Source: Pinctada imbricata
Taxonomy: Eukaryota
Direction: 5' to 3'
NCBI GenBank assembly: GCA_033119305.1
Contig: VSWD01000008.1
Coordinates: 62,132,347 to 62,196,346 of the forward strand
Length of the DNA: 64,000 nucleotides
Shown one piece after another: positions 12,083-22,796 of the stretch. The notes under the pieces were generated by a model. The model ran no database searches, had not been told where the DNA came from, and saw only the letters and a list, made by a program, of their open reading frames with translations. Every line of letters starts with the position of its first letter. Position 1 is the first letter of the stretch. The position numbers and the translations under genes were made by a program.

Positions 12083-13959
12083 ATCCAGGGATCATAAAAT
12101 AGCTATTTGTCAGTGCACTTTGAATGATGTCATTTAAGCAGTATCAATACAGCTGAGCCATATCCACCTGCAAACAACTCCATATTTCGTACACATGTAA
12201 ATCGTCAGCACCGAGGTCAGAGAGCAAAGCACCTTTTTGTTGTCTTTAGTAACGGTTGTACTACACCTGCGCAGTGGTTCGTTTGAGGCTAATTTAATTT
12301 CTGGTGCGCACTTGCTTCTCGGGTTTTTGTGGATGGTATTTTGAGAAATTTTCAAGCAAAGTGAAGCAATATTCTTTAAGTGTGATATAGAATTATCAGA
12401 AATTAACGATTGAATATTAAGATAAGCACAGTAGATTATTTTGTAACTTAGAAGGGCCGCCCAACTTTCGTTTTGTTTTCAAGCGTATAAACGACTCAGA
12501 TGTAGAGTTTCAAGTCGTTGCAGAAATTTCTCATCAAGTTGTGAAATGTAAATCTTGCTGAATTCACACAAAATTGTTAAGGTATTTAGTCAACAAGTAC
12601 TGGTTTATGAATATGATATGTATTACTGTTTTGTGATGTCTTATCTGCTTTTAGTGCAGTAATTTCTTCTTTAAATGACTAGTAAGCCATGACAGAAAGT
12701 CAGAATCAGGTAAGAACTATTCCGAGTTACCCACAGGTACTTGAGTCAAAGAAAATAACTGGTAGTAGGAATTAATGAAAGACTGTGCATTTACCGAAAT
12801 TAACCATAAATACAGAAATATTTACCGCAAAAAAATCAACCAAATATGATATTCGATAAAACATTGTCATTTGTCCATAGTTAAGCTACATGTTCCCCTG
12901 TTAATATTAGGCTATATCACAAAGAAACAAGCCTAATGAGCAATGATGAGCGGTGGGTAACATTATCTATACAGCTATAGATAAATTTTCGCTCTGCACA
13001 TTTGTACAGGCATTACACAGACACTATAGAAATAATTAAATTATAATCAATTAGCTGTTATGATTCTGATGGTATACGTGTAGATACCGGTACCCATATT
13101 GGATCATAAAATTGATCAAGTTGAAATTTTCAATGGTCTTTTTTGTGTCTTTTCAGTAAATATCCCTGTCTTTTCGGTAAATGCTGTCTTTTTGGTAATT
13201 CCTAGTACCCAAAAAATACCAATGAATAATTTATAACCTGGTATGAATTTGTTCAATGTCTTTGTCACTTTGATTAAATGAATATGTCTCTGATTGCCTC
13301 GGTTGGGGGGGGGGTTTAAAGAATGGGGGTTTCATGTTCAAAATATAGACTTATCAGAAAATATTTTCTATATCCTCTGTTATTATAAGGTACATCTAAT
13401 AATATTCTGTATAGTTTGAGTTAAAGGTCTTCATGCACAATGATAAAGTAATATGGATATAGGATGGATCAGAATAGCTAAATTATTCAGAAAGTTTATA
13501 AAGAGCTGGCTAGCGGTAGCAAGCCAAAGAAAAATTTTGCAAATTGACAGAAAAATTGTAGATTTATGGTACAAAATGTTGCTATTTGAAACAATTATAA
13601 TGCATCATAAATATCATGATTGAAAAGTGGGAGAGGGGGGGGGGGCACAAACATGGCTGTATCCCCCCACTTTTCAAAGTGGGAGGGGGGCATGTCCCCC
13701 CCCTTCTCCTACGCCTTAACTAAAATTGCTATAAATTTATCTGTGTGTATTTTTCACCTGGAGGGTATAAAGCCATACGCATGTTGCCTACTCGGAGTCA
13801 CTATCACAATTTTAAACACTAAAAAATTCAAATTTTGGAATTTTCATCTCAAACTCAAAATCACATTACCGGTACCGGGTACATGCCTGATAAATGCACT
13901 TGACACTATTTTAAGCTGTTTTCTGCAATGAAATGATGATAATATAATACATTGTACAA

Positions 13960-14560
13960 AAGCTGGAATGGGCCTATTATTCATGCATCATTGACCAGGA
14001 TAGGAAAAATTGGACACCTTCATTCCCAGCATACTATATTAAGTCATAGATCAACCAAACTTGTGAGGGTGATACATCTGGTTTGAGTGACCAGGTTAGG
14101 TTAAATAGAACAAGTTTACTATAAATCAAAGATGAACAAAACTTATGTGTAACTGAGAAAAGTAGGTGTTCAATTTGAAGAAAAAAAAATTATTTTACGT
14201 TGGGGAATGTGGCGGATTTTCGGCCCCAAATCAGGCTGATCGAGAGCCCTGGTATAGATGTTGTATCTGTCCCATATTCACTCTTGAGCAACAAGGTAAG
14301 GTCAAATGGCTTTCAAAACAACAAATCTAGTGTGGGTGATGCATCTGAGGATGCTTTCTTTAATACATGGTAGAGATGCTGCATCTGACACATATTTCTT
14401 GTTTGAGTGACCAGATAAGATAAAATTGGACAACTTCATTTCTTACTGGTAATAATATAAGTCCTTCATCAACCAAACTTGTCTACATGTAGGTGATGCA
14501 TCTGTAGATACTTGAGCAATGCTTGGTTCAGATGCTGGTCAGAAGATAATGTTGGCATCG
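13960..14560. repeat. Two diverged copies of a ~400-bp repeat in the SPEF1-like/TEP1 intergenic region.
   Basis: Shared segments: ...attggacaMcttcatt...atcaaccaaacttgt...ggtgatRcatctg...tttgagtgaccag... Confidence 0.5.
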
Positions 14561-15420
14561 AGATGAACAGAATACTTTGTTTAAAACAAACAATAAACCA
14601 AAAATAAGACAATTCAAAAGAAAGGTACAGAAGGAAGGAAAAAAACCCCAAAACAAGGCAACTTCTGTAGAGGTCAATCCTGCTGTTAAATTGCTGCAAA
14701 TCTCCGTAATTTGTTAGATTCTTCTGGATAATTCCTTTGAAAAGTTGCATATATAGCGGTAGCCAGTATAGGTCATGTCAGGTCGAGATGTAGATGTATA
14801 TTCATGTATGCGCAAAAATGTTCATGTAGATTTTTTTTTTATTTCTAGGAGATGGACACAAAATCGTCCGATTCTTTCCATCAAATTGACTCATTGAAGT
14901 CAAAATGGGCCATTGACTCATCAGGTGAGAGAAGTAAATAGAGTTTTACTATTATTAAAAATGCATAGTCAAAGAAGTCTTTTGATTCATAATTTTTTCT
15001 TTCAATGTATTATTTTATTACCATTGACAGTTCATGTATTGTACATATATTGATTATATATATATTTTTAATTTTGGAACTCTAAATCATTACGTGTAAC
15101 TGCACAGAAAAAAGATCATGAAATTGTTATTCATATGTCTCTTTATTCTTTATTTAGACTTTTCATAAATCAGAATCATCTCTGGTAAAGTCACAATGAC
15201 AACATTAAGTTTCTATCTAAAATTCAGTCGTGCTCATGATTTTTGTACTATTATTTCCCTAAATTTTATGGCAGTTTCTGTACATGGTGTACAGCAATAT
15301 AAAGAAGTTGACTCATATTTATTGTGTTTACAGAATTAAGATTGTTTTTTGAGTCATACTGATAATGATCTGTTACTTAATGATCTTTCACACACATTGT
15401 AGGTCTCAGGCTCAAGTCTG

Positions 15421-16422
15421 ATGACTTCTCTCCACACCAAATCATCCCCATCCTCAGTTAGCCAAACCAAAAGTACAGGAGGAGTAGGAAGAGTTGGAGG
15501 AAGTGAGGACAGAAAAAGGAAGCCTGGACCTGGAAAAGTTAAGGCTGATATAAAGAAACCAACTGTGGAGAAAACAAAGCTACAGAGTTCATTGTTAACA
15601 AGTGGCTCACTACATAGTAGCTTACTCACTAGTTCCTCTTTGTCTGGGCCTAGTTTGACAGGATCAAAACTTACAGGATCAACTTTGACAGGATCAAACT
15701 TAAGAGGATCAGGTCTTTCAGGATCAACTTTGACAGGATCAAGTTTGACCGGATCGAAAATCCCAGGATCATCTTTACTAGGATCAAGTTTGTCAGGATC
15801 AAAACTAACGGGTTCGGCTTTGACTGGATCAAGTTTGACAGGATCAAATCTAACAGGATCAAGTTTGACAGGATCAAAACTTTCAGGATCAGGATTAGGG
15901 CTATCAGGATCAAATTTGCAATCCTCCTCAAAACTTCAGAGTTTTAGCTTACAGAGTAATCTCCTATCAAAGAGTACCACTTCCCAGCCAACAGAAAAGT
16001 CTCCATTAAGTAGCCTCTCTTTAAGGAGCCAATCAGCTGGCATTTCACATGCTTCATCATCGCGTCTCTCTGCTGGGTCGCCTGCTCTTTCATCAGATAA
16101 GCTGTTATCGTCCTTCACTCAGAATACATCCTCACTGTCCACCAAGTCAACCTTGAGTCATGTGAAGTCACATAGTACCACAACTAGATCTCTAAGTAGA
16201 GGTTCATCAAAAGAGGAGAAGCCAAAACGAGGAACAAAGAGAGCAGCTCAAGATCAGAATGTGTTTGCAATCAAGAAACACACCATAAAAGCTCCTAAAT
16301 ACAACCTGGAGAACACCATACCTCATGGGGAAGGCGTGGTTATTCCAGACTTTGTATCTCCAAATAAAGACCCTGCCTTGTCCAAAATAAGAGCTCCTTT
16401 ACATGATATTAATGGCTTAAAG
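15421..16422 (+). CDS. TEP1: TEP1-like exon 1. N-terminal Ser/Thr-rich region with about 25 tandem (S/T)L(T/S)GSx pentapeptide repeats, 334 aa.
   Basis: ATG at 15421 matches the start of ORF-track ORF 15421..16491. The donor is AAG|GTACAT after 16422, phase 0. Translation begins MTSLHTKSSPSS and runs through SLTGSKLTGSTLTGSNLRGSGLSGSTLTGSSLTGSK to INGLK. Nucleotides 15650..15900 are 15-nt tandem units. An AG at 15401-15402 just upstream suggests a possible further 5' non-coding exon. Confidence 0.7.
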
Positions 16423-16758
16423 GTACATATACAGTATATTTTACATCCTTTACTTATTACACTTATAAAAGAGAAATTATTAAAAGAATAAAAAACTTTC
16501 AATGTGAGTATCAGAGATAGTATTTTTCTAAACATACAGAATTTTAATTCAAATTAAATGAGAGACTTCTTTTAACTCCCCCCCCCCCCCCAACTTTTCA
16601 CTATTTGCAGTACTGTGCATTTTTTTGAAATGAAGTTCTAAATTTAATGATATTGCATTGAATGTAGGAGTTACCTCAACTACTGTACAGGTTTACAGCA
16701 GTTACATGTATTTTTAAAGTCACGATAGGATTGATATTTGAGATTGTTCTATTCTTAG

Positions 16759-16893
16759 CTTGCCTTGATCAATGCTGTGAGTGGATCCCTGATATGTCAG
16801 CCAAACTTCAAGGATTCCAAAGACCTCACTCGGATAACACTGACTGGAATGGTAGAATCTGTAATACAGTATGATCCAGAGTTTATCTTAAAG
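16759..16893 (+). CDS. TEP1: TEP1-like exon 2, start of the TROVE domain.
   Basis: Acceptor ATTCTTAG| and donor AAG|GTACGG. Translation LALINAVSGSLICQPNFKDSKDLTRITLTGMVESVIQYDPEFILK resembles human TEP1 LAAIFEICRELALLEPEFILK. Confidence 0.8.
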
Positions 16894-17093
16894 GTACGGT
16901 ACGAGTTACGTAAAACTACTCCCATTTGATCAAAGCCATCAAAGTCTTTAATTGGAAATTATGATTAAATGATGTTATAAAAAAGGCTATGGAGATTAAC
17001 AGTTGTGTTATTTATATGTATTCTATGTAAGAAAGCAAAATAATAATCAGTTGTAATTTATATTACAAATTTAATGAATTTTTTTATTTTTAG

Positions 17094-17255
17094 GTGGCTT
17101 TATTTACTAGAAAGCAGCTGAATGTGAGGACCGCAGCCAATTTTCTGTTGGCACTATCAGCAAACATTCACCCCTGTCGACCTTACTTAAGGAAGTACTA
17201 TTGTTCCTCCATAGCCCTGCCCTCTGACTGGATAGAGGTGGCAGAAATCTATCAG
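17094..17255 (+). CDS. TEP1: TEP1-like exon 3 (TROVE).
   Basis: Translation VALFTRKQLNVRTAANFLLALSANIHPCRPYLRKYYCSSIALPSDWIEVAEIYQ resembles human ASLYARQQLNVRNVANNILAIAAFLPACRPHLRRYFCAIVQLPSDWIQVAELYQ. Acceptor TTTTAG| and donor CAG|GTAATT. Confidence 0.9.
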
Positions 17256-17503
17256 GTAATTAATTTGCCTAGTAAAACCAACTCACTTACACTTAGTGGA
17301 CTTAAATACTTTCAATGTTTAAGTAATTTCTTAAAAAATAAATTGGTTTTGTCACTCTGCACTGTATTGAAATGAGAAATGTGCACATTTTTATAGAAAA
17401 ATCTGTTTTAAAGTTGATGGTGTTAAGAATTTTACAACATGTGCCATATGTTTTAACTGTGTGTTTACTTGTACATGTAATGATTTACTGATATTTGATG
17501 CAG

Positions 17504-17600
17504 GCTTTCCATGATCGTAATATCAACCAAGGTTCACTTCCATCAGCTCTAAGAAAGGTCATGATTATGAAATTCCCACACTTTGATAAGTATCAGCTAG
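17504..17600 (+). CDS. TEP1: TEP1-like exon 4 (TROVE).
   Basis: Translation AFHDRNINQGSLPSALRKVMIMKFPHFDKYQLG resembles human LPACLRTAMTDKFAQFDEYQLA. Donor CTAG|GTATGT, ending in phase 1. Confidence 0.85.
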
Positions 17601-17925
17601 GTATGTCAAATTTACATTTAAACCTTCCATTTGTTTTTGTGGTCATTTTTGTGAGAGATCAAATTATTCATGTCTACTCTGTGAAAGTAGTAAAAGTTAC
17701 ATTGTTTGTATGCTAAAAGTCTTCAAATTCAATAGCATCATTTAAGAACAGGTAAATTTTCAGCTTGGGTTGTGAACTTTTTAAATTTCATTCTGATAAA
17801 AATATTTTTTTGTATAAGGAACTCTATATTTCCTGTTAAGTTGGAACATTCTCTGGGTTCTAGAAGTTTGTTTTACATTCCTTTTAATGATACACTTATT
17901 CAGAAGTTTTATGTTTTCATTATAG

Positions 17926-18182
17926 CCAAATATAACAAAGAGAGCTCCATGAAAAAGAAGAAAAAGAAAGAAACAGCAGCAGGTCAAGACAGCCAGAATG
18001 TCAGAGGTCGAGGTCGAGGTCGTGGAGCTGGTAGAGGTCGTGGAGGTTACGGAGCAGTGAGAGGAGCTCCAGCTATGCGAGGAGCACGAGGTTTATCTAA
18101 GCCCTCAGAAAGCCTAAGCATGTTCAGTGACTCTGACAGTGACTCTGATGACTCAGATGAGCATCAGGATCTAATGAGACAG
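17926..18182 (+). CDS. TEP1: TEP1-like exon 5. Lys-rich run, then an RGG box, then an acidic Ser/Asp run.
   Basis: Translation (G)AKYNKESSMKKKKKKETAAGQDSQNVRGRGRGRGAGRGRGGYGAVRGAPAMRGARGLSKPSESLSMFSDSDSDSDDSDEHQDLMRQ. AKYN matches human AKYNPRK. Donor CAG|GTAAGA. ORF-track ORF 17772..18590 reads through the intron; the exon is this part only. Confidence 0.75.
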
Positions 18183-18370
18183 GTAAGAATTTACTGCTGT
18201 CTTTATATCTATACTTGTGGTGGATCAAGAGGTGGAGTTAGGTCTACAGTCAGCCTTAACTTTTTCAATGACTCTGACAGTAGGTCTACAGTCAGCCTTA
18301 ACTTTTTCAATGACTCTGACAGTGACTCGGATAGCTTAGATGATGATCAGAGTCTGATGAGACAGGTAAC
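18183..18370 (+). repeat. Local duplication of the exon 5 3' end plus its donor, inside TEP1 intron 5.
   Basis: ggtctacagtcagccttaactttttcaatgactctgacag occurs twice, followed by tgactcggatagcttagatgatgatcagagtctgatgagacag|gtaacaatttactgctgtc. This parallels the exon 5 end gactcagatgagcatcaggatctaatgagacag|gtaagaatttactgctgtc. Confidence 0.8.
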
Positions 18371-18532
18371 AATTTACTGCTGTCCTAATATCTATACTAG
18401 GGCTGGATCCAGAGGTGGAGCTAGGTCTACAGTCAGCCATATCTTGTACATGTATCTTACTTTGTATACTTTATGTCTGTTTCTGATAAAGACACAAACA
18501 GTTATACAATGTATGTGGATTTGGAATTTCAG

Positions 18533-18669
18533 ATCAGCGGTGTTGAGTATGACGAGGATAAAGAGACAAAGGAAGAATTGTCCAAGATGAGATTCTCCCT
18601 CAAACAACTGATCCGTAAACTTCACATTACAGAACCGGTGGAGCATGTCATGTGCTTGATAGGCAAAAA
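18533..18669 (+). CDS. TEP1: TEP1-like exon 6 (TROVE).
   Basis: Translation ISGVEYDEDKETKEELSKMRFSLKQLIRKLHITEPVEHVMCLIGK(K) resembles human PRFTLKKLVQRLHIHKPAQHVQALLGYRYP. Donor AAAAA|GTAGGA in phase 2. Using this donor gives the K-YPS junction; read-through would hit TAG immediately. Confidence 0.75.
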
Positions 18670-18930
18670 GTAGGACATCTTACTTTCTCTATGTACTTGA
18701 ATTTTTTGTCTTTTTACACTATATGATTTGTACATATATTACTTTATGTAGAAATATCTTGTATCTTGTAGAGAATAAATCATTTGCTTGCATGGTCTTG
18801 TCTGACAGGAGGATACTGGGATGTAAAACAAAATATTTAATCACCATGGCCTAACTTGAAAAATCTAGCTTTGCAATAATAGCCCATTTCATCTTTATAA
18901 GAGACCCTATATCCAAATAAATATTTCTAG

Positions 18931-19088
18931 GTATCCATCAACCCTGGAGGCGTTTTATAAAGCTCGACTCCCTGGGACATGGGAGGAGGAGAGGTCAGGA
19001 AAGAGGATGAAATTACCTGTACCAGAAACATGGGAAACTCAGGTGTCCCTCAAAGGCAACAAGGCCAGTACTTGGGAGGATCTCATTG
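18931..19088 (+). CDS. TEP1: TEP1-like exon 7 (TROVE).
   Basis: Translation YPSTLEAFYKARLPGTWEEERSGKRMKLPVPETWETQVSLKGNKASTWEDLI resembles human YPSNLQLFSRSRLPGPWDSSRAGKRMKLSRPETWERELSLRGNKASVWEELI. Confidence 0.9.
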
Positions 19089-19505
19089 GTGGGTTGTGTT
19101 CATCAATAGATACCTATTAAAAAAATACATTGTCTGATTTTCTTCTTTAAATCTGCACATTGTTCATTTCACTATCAAAATTTAGCACATTGTACATTTC
19201 ACTATCAAAATTTAATGATATTTTTACATTGTTGTGATTGAAAACATGTATTATCAGATTAGTTTGCTTAAGTATAATTTGTATTTTAGAATAATTGTAC
19301 TAAAGTTGGCATACTTGTTGACTGAATGTGGATTTTCTGTGGAAAAGTACAGTTTTTGATTATCTTCTAATATTCTATACATGTATATAAATAGTATGTA
19401 CATTGATCTGTTAGGATAGTCCTATATATACATGTTACATATAGAATGTGTATCAAAATGTAATTTGAATTTGCCTGATGAGATGAATTTAAATTTTATT
19501 CGCAG

Positions 19506-19615
19506 ATCATAAGAAGCTTCCATTTATGGCCATGTTGAGGAATCTAAGGAACCTGATACGAGCGGGTATCTCCCAGAAACATCATGGTCTGATTATCAGG
19601 AGACTTACAGATGAG
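19506..19615 (+). CDS. TEP1: TEP1-like exon 8 (TROVE).
   Basis: Translation DHKKLPFMAMLRNLRNLIRAGISQKHHGLIIRRLTDE resembles human NGKLPFMAMLRNLCNLLRVGISSRHHELILQRL. Acceptor TTCGCAG| and donor GAG|GTATAA. Confidence 0.9.
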
Positions 19616-19790
19616 GTATAACGTCAGTTTGGTATACAAATGCAACCTACATGTATATGTACTTTGTACTTTTGCTTAATATTAACTTCAAGGAAATGTA
19701 CATGTGTATGTATATGTCACAAGACTTTCCTATAACTGGTTTTAAAGTCTGGAATGCAATATTTTTACTACATCAAATTTTTCATTTCAG

Positions 19791-19881
19791 AGACAAGTAG
19801 CTAACAGTAAGCAATTCCCATTCCGATTTTTCTCTGCCTTTGAAGTACTGGGTCAACTGAAGGACGAATATGAGAAGTCGC
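19791..19881 (+). CDS. TEP1: TEP1-like exon 9 (end of TROVE).
   Basis: Translation RQVANSKQFPFRFFSAFEVLGQLKDEYEKS resembles human SVIHSRQFPFRFLNAHDAIDALEAQL. Donor C|GTAAGT, phase 1. Confidence 0.85.
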
Positions 19882-20152
19882 GTAAGTTTGAAAAGCTTAG
19901 ACATCCTAATATTACATGCATCTTATTAATTTTTAAGTGATGAAGAATTTGTTCAATATATTTACAAACCTTTCATTTTGAGTTTATGAAGCCAGAATTA
20001 CTGTAGATATAGATATACATGTCGCTTAATCAGTTTTTGACTGTATATGTATTTGAATTAGATTTCCTTCTCTGAAAGTGTATAACCTGGATATTGGGAC
20101 AGGTTCAAACCCACAGGTTTCAGGTTTCGATTTTCATGTTATTGTATTGTAG

Positions 20153-20312
20153 AAAAAGAAATCATAGCAGAGGCTGAGAAGACAGCATTTTCAACAACTG
20201 TGGGATATAAGCCACCAACAAGAGGAAGGGGGCGTGGTCGAGGTAAAGGCAAGGGAACACAGTGGTGGATGGAAAAACAAGGAAAGAAGAAAGAAGAGAA
20301 AAACAAGCCCAA
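20153..20312 (+). CDS. TEP1: TEP1-like exon 10, a basic RG/KG-rich linker.
   Basis: Translation QKEIIAEAEKTAFSTTVGYKPPTRGRGRGRGKGKGTQWWMEKQGKKKEEKNKPK. Donor CCCAA|GTATGT, phase 2. Confidence 0.7.
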
Positions 20313-20440
20313 GTATGTGAAGAAAATGAAACTTGAATGAAGTGTTAATGCATATTTGAATGAAAAAAGAAAATTTGAAGTACGTATGATAGATTTCAAA
20401 TGATTGAGATCATTCATTGATGTTTTTTCTATCATTTTAG

Positions 20441-20621
20441 GGAAACAGCCTTTGACCTTGGGCTAATATCTAGGTACAGGAAGGCTTTGGACACTGCCGT
20501 TAAGATCGCCACCGTGTATAATGTACAGCCAATCAAAGGCCGTACAATTGTGCTTTGTGATGTTGGTCCTAATATGGAGGTCAATTGCACTGCTGCAAGA
20601 GGTCTTGGGAAACCCAGACAG
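20441..20621 (+). CDS. TEP1: TEP1-like exon 11 (vWA-like region).
   Basis: Translation ETAFDLGLISRYRKALDTAVKIATVYNVQPIKGRTIVLCDVGPNMEVNCTAARGLGKPRQ resembles human NRYRQALETAVNLSVKHSLPLLPGRTVLVYLTDANAD. ORF-track ORF 20487..20753 is in the same frame. Confidence 0.85.
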
Positions 20622-20896
20622 GTACTTGTCTTAAGTATTTTGTCAGAATTTAGGATTAAATCAGATTACCACACACCAGACCTCACAAAATGTGACAATA
20701 TTTCCTTTCTATTGTCAATTATGGATTATATACAAACCATAAAGAAGCTGTGATTGATTATGATGCTCATCTATAAAGTTTTGCCATATGATTTCATGTG
20801 TGATAAGTATCCTATGTATGCTATACTCACACAAATAAAACATGAATTTTATTCAGAAATAAGTTCTTTATTTTAAAAGCAGACTTTTTTTTTAAG

Positions 20897-21043
20897 ATGG
20901 TGGAAGTTGCCCTGTTGATGGGACTGATGTGTAAATACTCGTGTGAGGAGTGTGACCTTGTTACGTTCGGAGTCAACACTTGGGATTTTATCAGTATAGA
21001 AAAGGGCACCATACTGGACAATCTGGAAAAAATACTCTTTCAG
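20897..21043 (+). CDS. TEP1: TEP1-like exon 12 (vWA-like).
   Basis: Translation MVEVALLMGLMCKYSCEECDLVTFGVNTWDFISIEKGTILDNLEKILFQ resembles human PPLNYALLLIGMMITRAEQVDVVLCGGDTL. Donor CAG|GTATGT. Confidence 0.8.
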
Positions 21044-21926
21044 GTATGTACATGTATTGAAGAATTTTATGGAATTTACAGTAAAGTTGAAGTCTTATCA
21101 GGTTTGAAACCCTTTATTCTCCCATTTTCCCCCATGTGGGATAGAGTTTGCCCATAGCGACGCGTCATGTAGGGTCACTGTATCCCACATGTACCTCGCG
21201 TGACTTTTGACGTCGGCGGTATAGGCAGTATCCATATTGTGACGTCGTTGTTATCCATTGTGACGTCATGATTTTTGCACCTAAAGCGGTGACCTCTCAA
21301 AAAAAAGTCGTTTTAAAACTCTTTTTTTTTTACATTCTAATTCTTACTAAACTGATTAAGGCTAAGGACTACGCTTTATTCTTTTAGAATAACCATTTTT
21401 GAGGGCGCTGAAAACGAATATTCCTTTATTTTTCAAATTCGATAAAGTTGATGATTTCATGACTTCATGGAATTTCAAGAAAGGCCCCTAGAAATGGGAG
21501 AAAAACGATCAACCATATGTTTGTCATGTGGGATGAGAAGAGCCCACCCTCGGGCAAGCCTCGTTCCCCGACCAGAAACCAGACCCCTCGGATGGGCTTT
21601 TCTCATCCCACATGACAGCATATGGTTGATAGTTATATTCCCTTACTTTAAGTAAAAGATTGAAATGATTCAAATAGGGCAGATAGGATTTTTTTTTATG
21701 TAACTAAATATTGTCAATAAGCCTGTTAAGAAGCCTGTCAATTTCTTTTTAAATAGGCAATAACAACAAAGTTTCACGTATACATGTAAATCCTTGTGTT
21801 GTTAAACAATGATACTGCATAAGATCAGATGAAATTCTGAAAAATAATATGGATGTGGTAGAGTACATGTAGATGTTGATAAATCATTATATAAAGGCAT
21901 TCAGTTAATTATCATTTTTTTTGCAG

Positions 21927-22028
21927 CGTGCCAATCCACCAACGAATGCCACACATGCAGGAACAATGAATACTAAGATTGGTCTACCAGACTCCATTTT
22001 GAATGATGCATTGAGGGATAGAGTGCAG
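21927..22028 (+). CDS. TEP1: TEP1-like exon 13.
   Basis: Translation RANPPTNATHAGTMNTKIGLPDSILNDALRDRVQ. Acceptor TTTGCAG| and donor CAG|GTAATT. Same frame as ORF-track ORF 21921..22115. Confidence 0.75.
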
Positions 22029-22223
22029 GTAATTCATATTTCTGTGGAAAAGTGCAATTTCACTTGTACATGTAGGCAATATTCAAGATGTAAGGACACG
22101 CACAAGTACAATTAATAATATTTCCTTAAAGTTCATTATTATTCAAATTACAAGTCATATCTGTTTTGGAATTAGAAATTCTGTTGATCACAACCACACT
22201 GAATTAATATATATTTTCTTCAG

Positions 22224-22366
22224 ATTGATAACATTGTAATCCTGAGTGGGGGAGACCAGATTCACGATCAGAACCAGTTTATGTCAGCTTATCTAAAGAA
22301 ATACCGACAACTGGTCAACCAAAATCTCCTGTATGTCAACATCTCATTCGCTGGGAAAAACTGTGG
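22224..22366 (+). CDS. TEP1: TEP1-like exon 14.
   Basis: Translation IDNIVILSGGDQIHDQNQFMSAYLKKYRQLVNQNLLYVNISFAGKNCG resembles human DRVILLGQSMDDGMINVAKQLYWQRVNSKCLFVGILL. Donor GG|GTACGT, phase 2. Confidence 0.8.
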
Positions 22367-22724
22367 GTACGTACAAGTCATGATTTATCTAAAGGTATTA
22401 CATATACAATAAGTAATTAATTTAAGAAAAATAAGTTTGAGAATGGCTATGTTTTTAACTCTGAAACATCTGTCGATCAGTATTTCTACTTTTGAAGCTC
22501 AGAAGTAATGGAAGTTGTCATCATTCTGACATTTATTGACTTTATGCTTTATATGCAATATGAACTGAGGTGACTTCCAGGATACACATACATGTATATA
22601 TGTTCTAGTATTTCATTATGTATGAGTTACTTTTAGTGTATGTGTTACTTTTAATGTACATGTATGTGTTACTTTGATGATATTTTGCTCTATATTGTTA
22701 CTCTTTATTTATTTTGTCTTTCAG

Positions 22725-22796
22725 ATTTTCTCAGTCCATCAAGCCAGAGCATGAAAATGACATTTTTATCTCAGGATTCAGTGATGCCATCTTAAG
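22725..22796 (+). CDS. TEP1: TEP1-like exon 15.
   Basis: Translation (G)FSQSIKPEHENDIFISGFSDAIL resembles human NDVTLSGCTDAILKFIAEHG. Donor TTAAG|GTAGTG. Confidence 0.8.

Noticed and set aside
15671-15931. ORF-track 86-aa ORF on the minus strand (MRRIANLILIALILILKVLILSNLIL...).
   Set aside because: It is the antisense reading of the 15-nt coding minisatellite in TEP1 exon 1. The repetitive Leu/Ile content is a mirror artefact.
17772-18590. ORF-track 272-aa ORF on the plus strand.
   Set aside because: It is a read-through of exon 5, intron 5 and the start of exon 6. The real coding part is exon 5, 17926..18182. The rest spans the junction duplication and has no homology.
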